Source: a virus
Taxonomy: Duplodnaviria > Caudoviricetes
Strand: one strand, 5' to 3'
Virus record (IMG/VR): IMGVR_UViG_3300030419_004277
Coordinates: 1 to 59,880 of that record
Length of the DNA stretch: 59,880 nucleotides
The position numbers and the translations under genes were made by a program. Position 1 is the stretch's first letter. Every line of letters starts with the position of its first letter. Shown here piece after piece: positions 57,249 to 59,880 of the stretch. Below the pieces are notes generated by a model that was not told the origin of the DNA, searched no databases, and saw only the letters and a list, made by a program, of their open reading frames with translations.

Positions 57249-57665
57249 TTAATTAATAACAATAGTTTTTTTTCCAAATTTTTTAGCATAACCTATCGTA
57301 GACATAGAACCTGGTGAATCAACTCCTCTTGGAATAAATGCCACTACATATTCTGAATAGATAGCAATCTGTTTATTACGAGCAAAAAAGTTTTTTACAC
57401 TATATGGTTTTCCATAATTTCTTTTATGTAGGGGACAATATAAATTGTGTGCTTTATGTGCTGGTGGATATTCTTCATATTGTAAACCTAACTCAAGAGC
57501 ATATTTCTTAGCATAAAAATCAGCTCCTTGCCGACATCCACCACTCACTATTATAGTGTCATCACCTTTATCATGTTTTAACTTAAATATAAACTCTTTA
57601 ATTTTCTTTCGGTTTTCGTATTCACGACTACCTACTATTCCCACCTTTAAAGGATTTTCCCCCAT
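57249..57665 (-). CDS. SLOG/YspA-like (DUF2493) protein
   Basis: GIVGSR, VSGGCRQGAD, RNKQI, SPGS..TI.YA. Confidence 0.8.
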   Translation of the reverse strand: MGENPLKVGIVGSREYENRKKIKEFIFKLKHDKGDDTIIVSGGCRQGADFYAKKYALELGLQYEEYPPAHKAHNLYCPLHKRNYGKPYSVKNFFARNKQIAIYSEYVVAFIPRGVDSPGSMSTIGYAKKFGKKTIVIN

Positions 57666-58510
57666 TTACAATGCTCCGTATCATAAAATTCACAAAACTT
57701 ACAAACCTTACCTGGTTTGGCCGCATAAGTCCTCTCTAATAAATAATTACCTTTCTCATCAAATACACTAGTTCTAAACTCCTCAAACTTTTTCATTGTT
57801 TTATTTATACTTGGAACTCCATTTGCTGGTTCAAATTTTTGTAGCCTTATAACAGGAAAGTCAGGATCTTTTGGTATTTTTCTTTTTAAAATCAAAAACA
57901 TCACATCAATTTTGTCCAAAGAAACATCAAATAGCTCAGAATAGTATTTTTTGTAAAGTAATAATTGAGATTTTTTGTTGAAATCTTTTTTCTGAAAGTC
58001 TGTCCAACCACGAGTCGCAGTTTTTAAATCAATAATAACAATTCTACCAGATATTTTGTTTCTCAATACAACATCTAAAAAGCCCATCATTTGGACACCC
58101 TCTTGAATATCTTTAAGTATAGGAAACTCTATGCCGACTAACTCCCAATTCTGTTTCATAAAATATTTATTACGATATTTTCTGAAGTGTCCTAATATAG
58201 AAACTCCATCTTGATAAAACTCCATCATCTCATCTTGAGTACAAGGTAATATATCTTGGCTTTCTTTTATCTTAGTAAATTCTATAACCATCTCTTCCTT
58301 TAAACGAGACTCCATATCAAGTTTGTCCGCCGCAACGATAGATTTGTTATACATTACAGATAAATACTCTTGTATGACCGTATGCATAGCAGAGCCAAAT
58401 AATGTATGTATGTTACCTACGAACACTCCTAGCTTATCTATATACCGAAGTTTCCATTTAAGGTTACAATCGTTATAAGTGGTAAACTGACTATGTGATA
58501 TATGTGCCAT
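57647..58510 (-). CDS. PD-(D/E)XK RecB/Cas4-like exonuclease
   Basis: SHSQ...C, FGSAMH, GFLD, IIDLKT, QLLLY, CKFCEF....C. Confidence 0.88.
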   Translation of the reverse strand: MAHISHSQFTTYNDCNLKWKLRYIDKLGVFVGNIHTLFGSAMHTVIQEYLSVMYNKSIVAADKLDMESRLKEEMVIEFTKIKESQDILPCTQDEMMEFYQDGVSILGHFRKYRNKYFMKQNWELVGIEFPILKDIQEGVQMMGFLDVVLRNKISGRIVIIDLKTATRGWTDFQKKDFNKKSQLLLYKKYYSELFDVSLDKIDVMFLILKRKIPKDPDFPVIRLQKFEPANGVPSINKTMKKFEEFRTSVFDEKGNYLLERTYAAKPGKVCKFCEFYDTEHCKWGKIL

Positions 58511-59109
58511 TAAATAATCTCGTCAATCATTCCATACTTTAAACAAGTCTCGGCATCCCACATTAAATCATGTTTTAGTATTTCGTCCAATTTTTTCATA
58601 GGTAGTTTTGTGTATTGTTTGTAAATATTTTTTATAGATTTCATCATCAAATCAAGGTTCTGTTTTTCATCCTCAAAATTAGAGTATGTACCCCAAAAAC
58701 CAGTTGACAATTGATGAATTAACATATAAGAGTTTCTACTCATGAACCTTTTCGTTCCAACTACTGTCATAAAAGTAGCAGCACTTGCCGAGAATCCATC
58801 AACATAAGTCCACACAGGTACTTTACACCTTATGATTGTGTCCATCGAAGCAATCCCACTCACAATCGTTCCACCACCAGAGTTTATCAAAAGTTTTATA
58901 GGTGGTTTTTCAATATCAAGAGTGTTGGATAAAGTAATTGATTTAGTTTCTAATTCACTCACTTTTTTGTTTAATTCACTACAAGCATTTCTATTTACAC
59001 TCGAATAAAAGTAAATTTTATTATCCTGAACTGATATGTGTTTTTCAACGGCTTCACCAGCAGTTTTCCTAATTGGTTTTACTTTTTTTTCACCCCAATG
59101 TCTTTCCAT
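58510..59109 (-). CDS. clpP: ClpP-like serine protease subunit
   Basis: INSGGG, SASAAT, LIHQ, HDLMWDA. Confidence 0.85.
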   Translation of the reverse strand: MERHWGEKKVKPIRKTAGEAVEKHISVQDNKIYFYSSVNRNACSELNKKVSELETKSITLSNTLDIEKPPIKLLINSGGGTIVSGIASMDTIIRCKVPVWTYVDGFSASAATFMTVVGTKRFMSRNSYMLIHQLSTGFWGTYSNFEDEKQNLDLMMKSIKNIYKQYTKLPMKKLDEILKHDLMWDAETCLKYGMIDEII

Positions 59110-59519
59110 TATTTACCCCATTTTTCATTTTTAACGATTGTTGCCATAATACCATAGTTAGATACATCAAGATAAGCATCTTCTAGTGGTTCGTCTACTG
59201 CTGATTCTCTATCATTCATTAACAAGGTTTTTAACCTTTGTATTTTATCATTCATCCTAAACCAAAGACCTGTGAGTGATAACTTTATTTCCTCTGGTGT
59301 TTGTAAGTTAGTTCCAACCGAAATATTACCTGGACCATAATCGTGTTGTTTGTGTAGAAACAATTCGTATTGTTCTCGTTGTAATCTACGAAACTCAGCG
59401 GTCATAACAGGCCACTCTCTCTCCATCATCGTAATTATATCTTCTTTTTTATTTTGTTTTTTTGAAGAATTATTTTTCGTATCTTCAATTACTCCAAGTT
59501 CTTTTTCTTTTATTTGCAT
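59109..59519 (-). CDS. nucleotide modification associated domain 1 (DUF1599) protein
   Basis: KQHDYG, RMNDKIQRL, EPLEDAYLDVSNYGI. Confidence 0.8.
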   Translation of the reverse strand: MQIKEKELGVIEDTKNNSSKKQNKKEDIITMMEREWPVMTAEFRRLQREQYELFLHKQHDYGPGNISVGTNLQTPEEIKLSLTGLWFRMNDKIQRLKTLLMNDRESAVDEPLEDAYLDVSNYGIMATIVKNEKWGK

Positions 59520-59527
59520 TATAACCT

Positions 59528-59872
59528 CTACTTTATAATTAAATGTGATAATTGTATAATAATAATAATAACTGACAAAAACAAGGAAATAATTGTTCTT
59601 GTATCAGGTAACTCGTTCAAAACCAACCAAGTTAATATACCCATTGTTAATGTTGCCATACCAAATCCTATCGGTCTTACATACCAATAGTTTTGAAAGT
59701 ATTCGTAATACCACTTTGTTCCATAGAAAAAACAAAAACTTATAGGTATCCCACCAAGAACTATCCACCATAAACTTTTCATCCACTCATATCTAAATTG
59801 ACCTTGCATATGAAACCAGGCTATAATATGACCAACAAGAGATATAGACATAGCCATAAGTAACTTACTCAT
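59528..59872 (-). CDS. four-TM membrane protein (SMR/DMT-like)
   Basis: four hydrophobic helices in 114 aa. Confidence 0.6.
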   Translation of the reverse strand: MSKLLMAMSISLVGHIIAWFHMQGQFRYEWMKSLWWIVLGGIPISFCFFYGTKWYYEYFQNYWYVRPIGFGMATLTMGILTWLVLNELPDTRTIISLFLSVIIIIIQLSHLIIK

Positions 59873-59880
59873 AATTTCTC

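Noticed and set aside
57647-58510. Cas4 as evidence of a CRISPR system
   Set aside because: Stand-alone RecB/Cas4-like nucleases are common in phages; there is no array or other cas gene.
1120-59538. All plus-strand ORFs in the track (e.g. 1410-1721, 2242-2592, 19539-19940, 31845-32174)
   Set aside because: They are antisense shadows of well-supported minus-strand genes, with no RBS or recognisable motifs.
1-59880. Genome-wide TGA reassignment (genetic code 4 or 25)
   Set aside because: Many well-defined genes (hsp20, def, gmd, GT4) end at TGA at the expected length, often as ATGA overlaps, and Trp is encoded by TGG. Only two TGAs fall at catalytic Cys sites.

Overview
AT-rich, densely packed window with essentially all real genes on the minus strand. 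It reads as part of a large dsDNA bacteriophage genome (PhoH, ThyX, Hsp20, peptide deformylase, UvsE, DNA-end-protector-like protein, ClpP, PD-(D/E)XK nuclease, many small ORFs). The host is probably a marine FCB-group bacterium such as Marinimicrobia (inference). Layout: (i) about 1 kb of non-coding sequence with repeated sigma70-type promoters and a ~285-nt highly base-paired, pseudoknotted RNA-like element; (ii) early/accessory and DNA-modification/nucleotide-metabolism genes (1-26 kb); (iii) a ~27 kb glycan biosynthesis island (26.5-53.2 kb); (iv) a GT4 pair, nuclease, ClpP and Nmad1 (54-60 kb). Top finding: two selenoprotein genes that the ORF track misses or splits. One is a SelW/Rdx protein (CxxU, 17810-18043). 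The other is a secreted thioredoxin-fold UxxC protein with TSP3, dockerin and T9SS-like tail (23183-24304). Each has a SECIS-like hairpin just 3' of the in-frame UGA, and no Sec machinery genes lie in the window. All calls are from motif reading; no database searches were run.
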